Under the pieces are notes generated by a model. It searched no databases. It saw only the letters and a list, made by a program, of their open reading frames with translations, and was not told where the DNA came from. The position numbers and the translations under genes are program-made. DNA of 56,345 nucleotides from an uncultured Candidatus Saccharibacteria bacterium. GTDB taxonomy: Bacteria; Patescibacteriota; Minisyncoccia; Phycocordibacterales; CSBR16-119. Location of the stretch: NCBI GenBank assembly GCA_964531475.1, contig CAZHCS010000004.1, forward strand, positions 1 through 56,345, read 5' to 3'. Numbering within the stretch: the first letter of the stretch is position 1; each line of letters begins with the position of its first letter. Positions 26,796 to 35,414 of the stretch are shown here, piece after piece.

Positions 26796-27143
26796 TTATT
26801 TTGCGATGAAGTCGAAGATTTTCTTGAAGGCTTCCGGGTGGTTCTTGGCAATGTCAGCCAATATTTTGCGATCAAGCGCTACACCTTTTTTCTTGAGAGC
26901 TTCCATAAAGCGCGAGTACGTCATGCCGAGCGGTCGGACAGCTGCATTTATGCGGGCTTGCCAGAGCGCGCGGTAGTCGGCTTTCTTGTCACGGCGGTGT
27001 GCGAATGCGTGGCTACCTGCTTTGCGCAGTGCAACCTTTGCCTCACGCTCTTTGGTCGAGCGGCCAAAACGATAGCCTTTGGCAGCCTTTAAGACGCTCT
27101 TCCTTCGCTTATTTGATATTGTTCCTCGTTTTACTCGGGCCAT
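26796..27143 (-). CDS. rplT: 50S ribosomal protein L20
   Basis: MARVKRGTISNKRRKSVLKAAKGYRFGRS. Confidence 0.97.
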   Translation of the reverse strand: MARVKRGTISNKRRKSVLKAAKGYRFGRSTKEREAKVALRKAGSHAFAHRRDKKADYRALWQARINAAVRPLGMTYSRFMEALKKKGVALDRKILADIAKNHPEAFKKIFDFIAK

Positions 27144-27167
27144 AAATTAGTGATTAGCTTCTAGTGA

Positions 27168-27398
27168 TTAGCTTTTAGCTTCCGACGGAGCTTTCGCCTT
27201 TTTTACGCGGATGTTCGCGTGAGGGAACATGCGAGCGCGGTCTTTGTTAGACATGCGGAAATTGATCGGAGTCTTACCCTGAAGCTGCTTAGTGCGCTTT
27301 TGTTTTGCATTGAAATGGTTAAAACCCGGCTTGCGAGCTTTGAGCTTGCCGTTCTTGGTTATCTTGATGCGCTTGGTGAATGATTTGTTCGTTTTCAT
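27168..27398 (-). CDS. rpmI: 50S ribosomal protein L35
   Basis: MKTNKSFTKRIKITKNGKLKARKPGFNHF. Confidence 0.93.
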   Translation of the reverse strand: MKTNKSFTKRIKITKNGKLKARKPGFNHFNAKQKRTKQLQGKTPINFRMSNKDRARMFPHANIRVKKAKAPSEAKS

Positions 27399-27461
27399 CC
27401 CGTTAGAAATATCTTATTAAGCTTATTTTGTGTCTCCATGTCTCCCGATTTCTAACGGGAT
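27397..27461 (-). promoter_or_regulatory. 14-bp perfect inverted repeat (37-nt loop) covering the rpmI start codon, copy 1 of 2
   Basis: ATCCCGTTAGAAAT (27397-27410) pairs with ATTTCTAACGGGAT (27448-27461). Fills the infC-rpmI spacer. A near-identical element lies at 49684-49764. Confidence 0.6.
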
Positions 27462-27995
27462 TCATGATACTTGTTTCTTACCGGCTTCTTTTTCGAGCGT
27501 GACCGATACTCCGCGTGGGCTTGGTTTCAAGGCTTCGGCGATTTTGAAAGGTGTCGTGACGAGCGCGAGTACGCGGTCGAGGCGTTCTTTCTTGAACTCG
27601 TTATCCGAGTATTTCGATCGGCCGACCAAATATAGCTCGACCTTTACACGGTGTCCTTCGGCCAACCATTCTGAGGCTTTTCTCGCCTTGAGTGATAGGT
27701 CGTTGTCGCCGGTGGCGATCTTTATCTGGATTGACTTGGTTTCCGTCTTGTGAGCGTTGGCCTTGTTGGCGCGCTCTTTTTTATTTTGCTCGTACTGGAA
27801 TTTACCATAATCCATTATTTTTGCAATAGGCGGGACAGATTTATCAGAAATCTCGATTAGATCTAGTCCGCGTTCTGCTGCAAGCGCGAGCGCTTCTTTG
27901 ATAGATACGACACTGCTGCTTTCGCCGTCGATCAGACGCACTTCGGCCGAACGTATTTCATTGTTGATCCTGTTTCTCAACGGAATGGCTTTCAA
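27462..27995 (-). CDS. infC: translation initiation factor IF-3
   Basis: INNEIRSAEVRLIDGE, ALALAAERGLDLIEIS, PPIAKIMDYGKFQYEQNKK. TTG start. Confidence 0.95.
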   Translation of the reverse strand: MKAIPLRNRINNEIRSAEVRLIDGESSSVVSIKEALALAAERGLDLIEISDKSVPPIAKIMDYGKFQYEQNKKERANKANAHKTETKSIQIKIATGDNDLSLKARKASEWLAEGHRVKVELYLVGRSKYSDNEFKKERLDRVLALVTTPFKIAEALKPSPRGVSVTLEKEAGKKQVS

Positions 27996-28018
27996 AATAA
28001 AGATAAATGGGTGAGAGG

Positions 28019-28047
28019 ATTGTAACGTGTATATGCCGGGAAGTCAA
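28019..28047 (-). promoter_or_regulatory. sigma70-type promoter for infC-rpmI-rplT
   Basis: Minus strand reads TTGACT (28047-28042), 17 nt, TACAAT (28024-28019). The TTG start at 27995 is about 17 nt from the expected TSS. Confidence 0.65.
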
Positions 28048-28054
28048 CGATGAC

Positions 28055-28084
28055 TTGCATGGTGCGGTTCGGTTTTCGTATAAT
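28055..28084 (+). promoter_or_regulatory. promoter for the candidate ncRNA, divergent from the infC promoter
   Basis: TTGCAT (28055-28060), 18 nt, TATAAT (28079-28084). Confidence 0.5.
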
Positions 28085-28090
28085 ATTTTC

Positions 28091-28330
28091 GAACCCCTTC
28101 ACACAATTGGCAAGAGAGTGCAGTTCTAAATCAGAGAGCTGAACAAAAAGACGAGGGGCGCCCCGTGAGGTAGTCCTTGAAGAAGTCTTTCTGGCGGTTG
28201 CTCTGCGCACGATGCAGGCCTCTGCGTCACACGGTGAGGGCGGGAGCGGCTTCAGCCGCTCCCGCCCGAACTGACTCTCGCTTGTCGTTGCACCTTCCCG
28301 GACTCCCGCACAGCGGGAGTCTTTTGTTTT
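28091..28330 (+). ncRNA. candidate ~240-nt structured non-coding RNA of unknown family
   Basis: Has its own promoter and terminator (GACTCCCGC-ACA-GCGGGAGTC plus TTTTGTTTT). A long-range closing helix joins 28108-28126 with 28268-28287 and includes G-U pairs that exist only on the plus strand. Internal hairpins at 28211-28228 and 28238-28267. No credible ORF. Confidence 0.45.
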
Positions 28331-28350
28331 CTCCCGGAGAAAACAAAAGA

Positions 28351-28376
28351 AAACAGCCGCGATGGCGCGGCTGTTT
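28351..28376 (-). terminator. intrinsic terminator of the membrane-protein gene
   Basis: On the minus strand AAACAGCCGCG-CCAT-CGCGGCTGTTT is followed by TCTTTTGTTTT. Confidence 0.75.
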
Positions 28377-28388
28377 CCGGGAAGGTGC

Positions 28389-29195
28389 TTACAACTTCAA
28401 GTTCGACACGATTCGGTACTTGCATTTCATGTTCGGCTCAAGCCAGACAATATTCTTGTTGACTTCGTCCAATGAAAAATCGAGCCTGACAATCCGTTCA
28501 CCGCTTATGGACGATTTCTTATTGAGCTTTTCCGCGTCGGCCTTGATGAGCGGCAGATAGTGTTTACCGAGAACCCTCGCTATCTGAAGATCCATGTTAG
28601 GACCTTCGAATATCGCCTTGGCATTGGCATAGGTTTGCTTTGCCGCACAGTGATACTCTACGGTAACTTCGCACAGTGTCGTCTCGTCGAGAGAGAACGG
28701 TTCCGGGCTGTAAACCCCTTTCCACGAGAATACTTGCGCCGGTATCGGGTCAGTGGCTTTGACCAAGGGATTCCACTCGGGGTAGTGAAGCGATCCGTCA
28801 GAAGCGTTCCAGAAGAATTGGTCATTTTTCTTCAGGAGGAAATAGTTGGAGGTAAAGAGAAGTAGGGTTATGACGATACACGGCAATAGGCTCTTTGAAA
28901 ATGTCCTGTAGCGGGCCCCCCAGTCAGGATCCTTGATGCCGTATTCTGGCCCGGTCCCTCCCCAGTCGGCCCTGCTGTTTTTCCTGAACATAACCATCAG
29001 CAGAAGGATGATGATTCCCGCTGGAATAAGGAACAGGGCCACGGTAAAGGCGGCAGTAACAGTGCCGAGCAGGTAGTAGACAAACAGGGCGAGGGCGCCA
29101 AGGCCAAGGATATAATCCCAGGTTCTCTGGCGTCGTTCGTCGGCAGTCATCTTCATCTCAGCGAAGAGGTTCGCAGGTCTAGCGATAGTTGTCAT
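28389..29195 (-). CDS. hypothetical integral membrane protein
   Basis: 268 aa with three clear hydrophobic helices (GLGALALFVYYLLGTVTAAFTVALFLIPAGIIILLLMV, LLPCIVITLLLFTSNYFLL). Confidence 0.55.
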   Translation of the reverse strand: MTTIARPANLFAEMKMTADERRQRTWDYILGLGALALFVYYLLGTVTAAFTVALFLIPAGIIILLLMVMFRKNSRADWGGTGPEYGIKDPDWGARYRTFSKSLLPCIVITLLLFTSNYFLLKKNDQFFWNASDGSLHYPEWNPLVKATDPIPAQVFSWKGVYSPEPFSLDETTLCEVTVEYHCAAKQTYANAKAIFEGPNMDLQIARVLGKHYLPLIKADAEKLNKKSSISGERIVRLDFSLDEVNKNIVWLEPNMKCKYRIVSNLKL

Positions 29196-29254
29196 GTAAT
29201 GTGCGTTTTGTTTGCTCTATTTCTACTTCGGAGAGAGTATATTGTCAAACCGGC

Positions 29255-29283
29255 TTGACGGATGGGAGCTTCTCCTATAGTAT
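29255..29283 (+). promoter_or_regulatory. promoter upstream of tuf (TAGTAT class)
   Basis: TTGACG (29255-29260), 17 nt, TAGTAT (29278-29283). 171 nt separate the -10 box from the tuf ATG. Confidence 0.5.
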
Positions 29284-29454
29284 GTCGATATCGCTTAGCG
29301 CTGACTCTTCCAAAGCTTCCCGCCATACGGTGGGCCGGTTTTTCAGAGACTACGCCCGAGCCTTTTATTATCATAGTTAGTATGTTGACGGTCTTAATCC
29401 CTGAAGCGTGTTCTCGCGTCCGGAGGTTAGGTTCGCCAACCAATGTAATTACAT

Positions 29455-30660
29455 ATGGCAGCAGAAGCATTTGATCGAAGCAAGCCGCACGTTAACATCG
29501 GCACCATCGGCCACGTTGACCACGGCAAGACGACGCTCACCGCGTCGATCCTTCACGTATTGGATATGAACAAGGGCGCTGGCTACGGAGCCCGCGTTGA
29601 AGCTATTGATAGCATCGACAAGGCCCCAGAAGAGAAGGCGCGTGGTATTACCATCTCGCTCCACCACTCTGAATACTGGACGCCGAACAGGCACTATGCC
29701 CACATCGACGCTCCGGGTCACGCTGACTACATTAAGAACATGATCACGGGTGCCGCCCAGATGGACGCCGCGATCTTGGTTGTTGCAACGACTGACGGCG
29801 CCATGCCTCAGACGCGCGAACACGTCTTGCTCGCGAAGCAGGTTGGTGTTCCAAAGATGATCGTGTTCCTCAACAAGGTAGACATGGTTGATGACAAGGA
29901 CATGGTTGATCTAGTCGAAGAAGAAATCCGCGAACTTCTCACAAAGAACGGTTTCGATGGCGCCAATACTCCTGTCATCAAGGGATCTGGTCTCAAGGCA
30001 CTCGAAGCAAAAGACGCATCTGACGAATGGGCTCAGAAAGTTCTCGAGCTCATCAACACGGTCGACACCTACATCCCAAATCCAGTTCGTGATCTCGACA
30101 AGCCATTCCTCATGCCTATCGAAGACATCTTCTCGATCGAGGGTCGTGGTACTGTCGTCACTGGTAAGATTGAACGCGGTATCATCAAGGTTGGTGAAGA
30201 CGTTGAAATTGTCGGTATCAAGCCGACCGTCAAGACGACTGTTACTGGCGTTGAAATGTTTAACAAGCAGCTCCAAGAAGGTCAGGCAGGCGACAACGCG
30301 GGTATCCTTCTTCGCGGTGCGAAAAAGGAAGACGTTCATCGCGGTCAGGTGCTCGCGAAGCCAGGCTCTGTTACACCTCACACTGACTTCGAATGCGAAG
30401 TTTACATCTTGAAGAAAGAAGAAGGTGGTCGTCACACTCCATTCTTCAAGGGCTACAAACCACAGTTCTATGTCCGCACGACTGACGTTACAGGTGAAGT
30501 CTTCATTCCAGAAGGCACTGAAATGGTCATGCCTGGTGACACTGTTAAGCTTACGGTTTCTCTAGTGGCTCCAGTTGCCATGGAAGACCAGATGCGCTTC
30601 GCTATCCGCGAAGGCGGCAAGACGGTCGGCGCCGGTGTCGTAACGAAGATCATCAAGTAA
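29455..30660 (+). CDS. tuf: elongation factor Tu
   Basis: [31 protein letters not shown]. Confidence 0.98.
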   Translation: MAAEAFDRSKPHVNIGTIGHVDHGKTTLTASILHVLDMNKGAGYGARVEAIDSIDKAPEEKARGITISLHHSEYWTPNRHYAHIDAPGHADYIKNMITGAAQMDAAILVVATTDGAMPQTREHVLLAKQVGVPKMIVFLNKVDMVDDKDMVDLVEEEIRELLTKNGFDGANTPVIKGSGLKALEAKDASDEWAQKVLELINTVDTYIPNPVRDLDKPFLMPIEDIFSIEGRGTVVTGKIERGIIKVGEDVEIVGIKPTVKTTVTGVEMFNKQLQEGQAGDNAGILLRGAKKEDVHRGQVLAKPGSVTPHTDFECEVYILKKEEGGRHTPFFKGYKPQFYVRTTDVTGEVFIPEGTEMVMPGDTVKLTVSLVAPVAMEDQMRFAIREGGKTVGAGVVTKIIK

Positions 30661-30685
30661 TCCGACGCCTCTACAGCACATTCTT

Positions 30686-31039
30686 ATGGCGACGAAAAAA
30701 GCACAATCAAAAGCAAAGTCGGCCAAAACAGGCGAAGCAGTACTTCGTATCCGCGTCCGAGCCTACGAGAACAAAATTCTCGATAACTCGGTCAAGCAGA
30801 TTATTGATACTGCTACTCGCCATGACGCAGGTATCCTCGGACCTGTGCCATTGCCGACCGAGATAAAAAAGTACACGGTCAACAGCTCACCGTTCGTCTA
30901 CAAGGACGCGCGAGAACAATTCGAGATTCGAACGCACAAGCGTCTTATCGATATCTTGAACCCGTCCGCGAAGACGATCGAAGCGCTCACGAACCTAAGC
31001 TTGCCGTCCGGCGTCGAAATCGACGTCAAGATGGCATAA
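30686..31039 (+). CDS. rpsJ: 30S ribosomal protein S10
   Basis: [45 protein letters not shown]. Confidence 0.97.
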   Translation: MATKKAQSKAKSAKTGEAVLRIRVRAYENKILDNSVKQIIDTATRHDAGILGPVPLPTEIKKYTVNSSPFVYKDAREQFEIRTHKRLIDILNPSAKTIEALTNLSLPSGVEIDVKMA

Positions 31040-31105
31040 TCTCGATTACCGAATAGCTACAATGCCCGCAACGGCTCGCCCGGCGAGCTTGGGTAACTTA
31101 ACTAT

Positions 31106-31717
31106 ATGAAATTTATACTGGGTAAAAAAATACAGATGACGCAGTTCTTCGACACCGATGGTCGCGTCTTTCCTGCAACCCTTGTCGAGGCGGGACCTAT
31201 CAAGGTTGTCCAAGTAAAAACGGCAGCCAAGGATGGTTACGATGCTCTACAGTTTGGTTACGGAGAACAGAAGGCTAAGCGTCTTTCCAAGGCCGCTATA
31301 GGTCACGCGAAAGATCTCGGCAACTTCCGCCATCTCAAAGAGTATCGATTGTCGAAGGCGGGTGAAATGAACGTAGGTGACAGTATCGATGCCTCGGCTT
31401 TTGCCGCAGGTGATACGGTGGTTGTCACAGGTGTTTCCAAGGGTAAAGGTTTTCAGGGTGTGGTCAAGCGCCACGGCTTCGGCGGCGGACGACGTTCGCA
31501 CGGTCAGAAGCACTCTGAACGCGAAGCCGGAACTATTTCCGGAGGCGGTGGGCGAGCCGGTGGGCGAGTCGCCAAAGGCATGCGCATGGCCGGCCGCATG
31601 GGTGGAGACATTATAACCGTCAAGAATTTGAAGGTTCTTGCGGTTGAAGACGGCACGATCCTCATCAAGGGGGCTATCCCAGGTCGACGAGGAACGTTGG
31701 TAACTATTACCGGATAA
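31106..31717 (+). CDS. rplC: 50S ribosomal protein L3
   Basis: GKKIQMTQFFDTDGRVFPATLVEAGP..GKGFQGVVKRHGF. Confidence 0.97.
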   Translation: MKFILGKKIQMTQFFDTDGRVFPATLVEAGPIKVVQVKTAAKDGYDALQFGYGEQKAKRLSKAAIGHAKDLGNFRHLKEYRLSKAGEMNVGDSIDASAFAAGDTVVVTGVSKGKGFQGVVKRHGFGGGRRSHGQKHSEREAGTISGGGGRAGGRVAKGMRMAGRMGGDIITVKNLKVLAVEDGTILIKGAIPGRRGTLVTITG

Positions 31718-31726
31718 TAAACGCAT

Positions 31727-32395
31727 ATGATAGAAGCAAAAATCTACAACAAAGAAGGTAAGCAGTCTGGAACTATAGAACTTCCTGAGGCAGTCTTTGG
31801 TCGTGCGTGGAATCCGGACCTGGTTCACCAAGTGTTCACTTCCATGAACGCCAATCGCCGCGCTAACACGGCTTCGACGAAAGATCGTTCAGAAGTTTCT
31901 GGTACAGGTAAAAAGCCTTGGAAGCAAAAAGGAACTGGCCGCGCTCGTCACGGATCTCGTCGTTCCCCGATTTGGGTTGGCGGAGGCGTCGCGCACGGTC
32001 CAACACCTGACAGGAACTACAGCAAGAAGATAAACAAAAAGATGAGCCGCGCAGCACTCTTTACCGCATTGTCTAAAAAGTTGCGAGACGGCCAAGTTCT
32101 ATTTGTTGACAGCCTAACTCCGAAAGAGACCAAGACGAAACTTGCCGCCGCTTCGCTCAATGCGCTAGCTGGTGTTGCAGGATTTGATCGCTTGGCTGGT
32201 TCGAAGAAAAAGGTTGCGCATATTGTCACTGCCGAGCGCGACGAAGCTGTTTTGAAGAGCTTCAACAATATACCGCATGTCGAAGTTGCCGATATACGCG
32301 AACTAAACGTCTTGGACGTTATGAATCGCCGCTATATCGTCATCGTTAGTCCAAAAGAGTCTGTCGACCTCTTGAACGCCAAGCTTAACGCATAA
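31727..32395 (+). CDS. rplD: 50S ribosomal protein L4
   Basis: GTGKKPWKQKGTGRARHGSRRSPIWVGGGVAHGP. Confidence 0.97.
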   Translation: MIEAKIYNKEGKQSGTIELPEAVFGRAWNPDLVHQVFTSMNANRRANTASTKDRSEVSGTGKKPWKQKGTGRARHGSRRSPIWVGGGVAHGPTPDRNYSKKINKKMSRAALFTALSKKLRDGQVLFVDSLTPKETKTKLAAASLNALAGVAGFDRLAGSKKKVAHIVTAERDEAVLKSFNNIPHVEVADIRELNVLDVMNRRYIVIVSPKESVDLLNAKLNA

Positions 32396-32398
32396 TCT

Positions 32399-32767
32399 AT
32401 GGGAATCTTCAGCAACAAAAAGAAAGCGACCCCGGCTAAAGCCGAAGCCAAGAAAGAAAAGACGGCTAAGAGCGAGGTAAAAGTCACGACTTTTTCGGCT
32501 AACAACGTTTTGATTGCTCCGCGCATCACCGAAAAGGCAGCACGCGTATCTGATGATCGCGTCTATACTTTCGATGTGGCACCGCGTGCGACCAAGACTG
32601 ACATAATAAAGGCTATCAAGGCTGTATATAATGTCACGCCGATCAAGGTCAACGTCTCGTCGATCCCAACTAAGCGCGTTTACCGCCAGAAGCATATTGG
32701 CGTCAAGCGCGGTGGTCGCAAGGCATATGTCTTCTTGAAAAAAGGCGACAAGATAGAATTTATTTAA
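32399..32767 (+). CDS. rplW: 50S ribosomal protein L23 (Lys/Ala-rich N-terminal extension)
   Basis: LIAPRITEKA..YTFDVAPRATKTDIIKAIKAVYNV. Confidence 0.93.
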   Translation: MGIFSNKKKATPAKAEAKKEKTAKSEVKVTTFSANNVLIAPRITEKAARVSDDRVYTFDVAPRATKTDIIKAIKAVYNVTPIKVNVSSIPTKRVYRQKHIGVKRGGRKAYVFLKKGDKIEFI

Positions 32768-32820
32768 TTAATCGGGATCTGAGAACCATCACTGTCAACT
32801 CACTATAGATCCATATAACC

Positions 32821-33675
32821 ATGAAGAAATATAAACCAACATCAGCAGGTCGCCGCGGCATGACAGTTGTCTCGTATCGAGGCACTCTTACCGCCAAGCG
32901 CCCGCACAAGAAATTGACTCGTGGCGGCAAGCGTCACGTCGGACGCAACAACCAGGGTCGCATCACCGTTCCTCACAAGGGAGGCGGACACAAGCGTCTT
33001 TATCGCGACGTTGACTTCTTGTACAACAAGCGTGAAATTCCTGCGAAATTTGCGACCGTCGAATACGATCCAAACAGGAACGCCTTCATCTCGCTCGTTA
33101 TCTATGCCGATGGCGAAAAGCGTTATGTCGTGACTCCAAAAGGTGTGAAAGTCGGTGACAAATTTATCGTCTCGGCTACAGCAGACATTGCGCCAGGTAA
33201 TCGTTTGCCGCTCGTAAACATTCCTGTCGGTACGTTTGTCTACAATGTCGAGATCAAGAAAGACGGCGGTGCCAAGTTGGCACGTTCTGCAGGAAGCTTC
33301 TTGCAGGTCGTCGCTCACGATGACGGCAAGACTTCGCTCAAGATGCCTTCGACAGAAGTCCGCAAGGTTCCTTCGACTGCATGGGCATGTGTTGGTGAAG
33401 TCTCGAACAGCGAATGGAAGCTTACGAACTTTGGTAAGGCTGGACGCAGCCGCTGGAAGGGTATTCGTCCGACTGTTCGTGGTTCTGCCATGAGCCCAGT
33501 TGACCACCCACACGGAGGAGGTGAAGGTCGTCAGGGTATCGGCTTGCGCCGCGGTCCAAAGACTCGTCACGGCAAGCTCGCATACGGTGTCAAAACCCGC
33601 CGACCAAAGAAATATTCGAACACGATGGTTGTCACTCGACGCAAGACCAAGCGCAACCAACAGAAAGCCATCTAA
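32821..33675 (+). CDS. rplB: 50S ribosomal protein L2
   Basis: GRNNQGRITVPHKGGGHKRLYR, HPHGGGEGR. Confidence 0.98.
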   Translation: MKKYKPTSAGRRGMTVVSYRGTLTAKRPHKKLTRGGKRHVGRNNQGRITVPHKGGGHKRLYRDVDFLYNKREIPAKFATVEYDPNRNAFISLVIYADGEKRYVVTPKGVKVGDKFIVSATADIAPGNRLPLVNIPVGTFVYNVEIKKDGGAKLARSAGSFLQVVAHDDGKTSLKMPSTEVRKVPSTAWACVGEVSNSEWKLTNFGKAGRSRWKGIRPTVRGSAMSPVDHPHGGGEGRQGIGLRRGPKTRHGKLAYGVKTRRPKKYSNTMVVTRRKTKRNQQKAI

Positions 33676-33686
33676 TCAAAAACAAG

Positions 33687-33709
33687 AAAGCCGCCCGTTG
33701 GGCGGCTTT
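33687..33709. terminator. bidirectional terminator after rplB
   Basis: AAAGCCGCCC-GTT-GGGCGGCTTT. Confidence 0.75.
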
Positions 33710-33721
33710 CGCGTTGATCGG

Positions 33722-34237
33722 TTATCGATCGAGGTTAATGAACTCGTGCATGGCGAGACGGATCATGTCGATCTGTGCGGTATCAGCTAGCGAATTGAAC
33801 AGTACGAAGTCTCCGGGCAGAAGCATGTAAGAAAAATCCCTCACAGTAGAGTCGGGCGTCGATACATGCACTGTAATACGCCTCGGTTCCTCGTATTTTA
33901 GGCTCTGGAGGTGCGCGCCTCGTAGTACGTTCAGGCTGTGGGAGAAGCCATGTTGATCTGTGTAGCTTATCCAGCAAGTGAAAAAGTCTCGTCCATCCAT
34001 AACAGTCCCGCCACTCATGACTCTGTAAGCGATTTGTTTGTATGAATCATCAGGAAGCTTGGCATACAAAGCCGAGTCGGGAAGGGCGAGTTTTAGTGTT
34101 GCGGTGCTCTGATCTAACCCATGTTCATGAGCGGCTACTTGTTCGGGAGATTGAATCCAGCCGCTCGGTACGGCGATCACAAAAAAGATGATGATCGAGC
34201 CGAGTATGCCCAGGCCTACTAGATTAAGCTTTTTCAT
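33722..34237 (-). CDS. membrane-anchored hypothetical protein inserted antisense in the S10 operon
   Basis: 171 aa. N-terminal TM segment LVGLGILGSIIIFFVIAV. Has its own TAGTAT-class promoter. Confidence 0.55.
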   Translation of the reverse strand: MKKLNLVGLGILGSIIIFFVIAVPSGWIQSPEQVAAHEHGLDQSTATLKLALPDSALYAKLPDDSYKQIAYRVMSGGTVMDGRDFFTCWISYTDQHGFSHSLNVLRGAHLQSLKYEEPRRITVHVSTPDSTVRDFSYMLLPGDFVLFNSLADTAQIDMIRLAMHEFINLDR

Positions 34238-34255
34238 GTGCTTTCGTTTTTCGTG

Positions 34256-34284
34256 ATACTAGCATTGCTCGAACAGTGCGTCAA
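34256..34284 (-). promoter_or_regulatory. promoter of the inserted gene (TAGTAT class)
   Basis: Minus strand reads TTGACG (34284-34279), 17 nt, TAGTAT (34261-34256). Confidence 0.55.
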
Positions 34285-34374
34285 ACAGGTTGCTTTTTGG
34301 CTAAGATGCTCAAGAAGACAAAATCGTACCGATGAACTTCCGATTGAGCCTCAAGGAGGTTAACTGCTCATTCC

Positions 34375-34398
34375 AAAGCCCCGCGCACGCGGGGCTTT
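34375..34398 (+). terminator. orphan hairpin terminator in the rplB-rpsS gap
   Basis: AAAGCCCCGCG-CA-CGCGGGGCTTT followed by AGATTTT. Confidence 0.5.
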
Positions 34399-34442
34399 AG
34401 ATTTTCTAGAAGCTAGTCACTATTCACTATAAGCTCCTTGTG

Positions 34443-34471
34443 TTGACATCCAAACCCCTATCTGCTAGTAT
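34443..34471 (+). promoter_or_regulatory. restart promoter for rpsS-rplE (TAGTAT class)
   Basis: TTGACA (34443-34448), 17 nt, TAGTAT (34466-34471). Shares the 12-mer ATCTGCTAGTAT with the promoter at 38524. Confidence 0.6.
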
Positions 34472-34612
34472 CCTCTCATTCGGCCTTTTGGCCCGATTTT
34501 TTGAAAAGCGAATAGAGAGATGGCGGTGAAACTGGGGAAGCCCGGAAACACGACCTAGCCATGCACTCCGATCAGGCATCCTGCCTGGCCGGGTATCGAT
34601 TCATTAACTTAC

Positions 34613-34957
34613 ATGACACGATCACTTAAAAAAGGTCCATACGTAGATGCGAAGCTTCTCAAGAAGATCGCAGGAAAAAAGCCCCAAGAAACAGGGGTTA
34701 TTAACACATGGGCGCGTTCATCCCAGATAGCTCCAGAAATGATTGGCTTCGTTTTTGGCGTGCACAATGGCCGCGAGCATATCAAGGTCTTGGTTGCCGA
34801 AGACATGGTCGGTCATCGTTTGGGTGAGTTTTCTCCAACTAGGAAATTCCACCGTCACGGCGGTAAGCTCATGAAAGAGCTCGAGCAGAAGAAGAAAGAG
34901 GCGGAAATCGCCGCTTCCAAGGCTGCTAGCGCCAAGGAGTCAGCTGCTAAGAAATAA
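34613..34957 (+). CDS. rpsS: 30S ribosomal protein S19 (Lys/Ala-rich C-terminal tail)
   Basis: [30 protein letters not shown]. Confidence 0.96.
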   Translation: MTRSLKKGPYVDAKLLKKIAGKKPQETGVINTWARSSQIAPEMIGFVFGVHNGREHIKVLVAEDMVGHRLGEFSPTRKFHRHGGKLMKELEQKKKEAEIAASKAASAKESAAKK

Positions 34958-34966
34958 TATACTGAT

Positions 34967-35410
34967 ATGAAAGCAAGCCTCAAAAATTATCGCCAGTCTC
35001 CTCGCAAGGTCCGTCTTGTGGCAAAGTCTGTGCGCAACAAAAGCGTTATTGAAGCCGTGACTATTCTTGGTTTTATGCCAAAGCGCGCAGCTGAGCCTAT
35101 CCAAAAGCTCATCAAATCCGCTGCGGCGAATTCAGGTCTTCCATTTGCAGACTTGATCGTTAAAAATATCGAGGTCAACAAGGGCCTAGTCATGAAGCGT
35201 TCGATGCCTCGCGCTCGCGGTTCGGCGTTTCCGATCAACAAGCGCACATCGCACGTTTTGGTGACGCTTGCTTCTAAATCTGGTGCGGCTGCCGAGAAGG
35301 CTGCTGCAGCTCCAAAAGAAGCTGCGCCGAAGGCAGAGAAGAAATCCGTTGCTAAAAAAGCTCCGGTGAAAAAGGTCGCCAAGAAAGTAGCTAAGAAGGC
35401 AACCACATAA
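34967..35410 (+). CDS. rplV: 50S ribosomal protein L22 (Ala/Lys-rich C-terminal tail)
   Basis: YRQSPRKVRLVAKSVRNKSV..MPRARGSAFPINKRTSH. Confidence 0.95.
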   Translation: MKASLKNYRQSPRKVRLVAKSVRNKSVIEAVTILGFMPKRAAEPIQKLIKSAAANSGLPFADLIVKNIEVNKGLVMKRSMPRARGSAFPINKRTSHVLVTLASKSGAAAEKAAAAPKEAAPKAEKKSVAKKAPVKKVAKKVAKKATT

Positions 35411-35414
35411 TTTT

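Noticed and set aside
28091-28330. Tested whether the candidate ncRNA is RNase P RNA or SRP RNA. GAGGUAGUCC resembles the P4 GAGGAAAGUCC and Alu-domain GUAGUCC strings.
   Set aside because: There is no partner strand for P4 (no ACAGAA..GGCUUA-like segment). There is no GGUGAAA-type module. There is no SRP helix-8 motif (GGAAGCAGC with a GNRA loop). The length is too short for RNase P. It is kept only as an unclassified ncRNA candidate.
28290-28388. A 99-nt cloverleaf-like four-way junction: an 11-13-bp closing stem around three perfect hairpins. It first looked like a tRNA-like or mobile structured element.
   Set aside because: It is better explained as two convergent intrinsic terminators placed back to back. 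Hairpin 28301-28321 plus its U-tract serves the plus-strand RNA. Hairpin 28351-28376 plus its U-tract serves the minus-strand gene. The middle hairpin is simply the two complementary U/A tracts. All stems are perfect Watson-Crick on both strands, so there is no strand-specific RNA signal.
29284-29454. 171-nt tuf leader with a CCCGCC-AUAC-GGUGGG hairpin and a nearby U5. It was considered as a small RNA or as tRNA genes, which often precede tuf.
   Set aside because: No cloverleaf can be drawn. The hairpin and its U-run are separated by 4 nt and are weak. The evidence is insufficient for a separate feature.
32842-33660. 272-aa minus-strand ORF.
   Set aside because: It is antisense to rplB, which is unambiguous.
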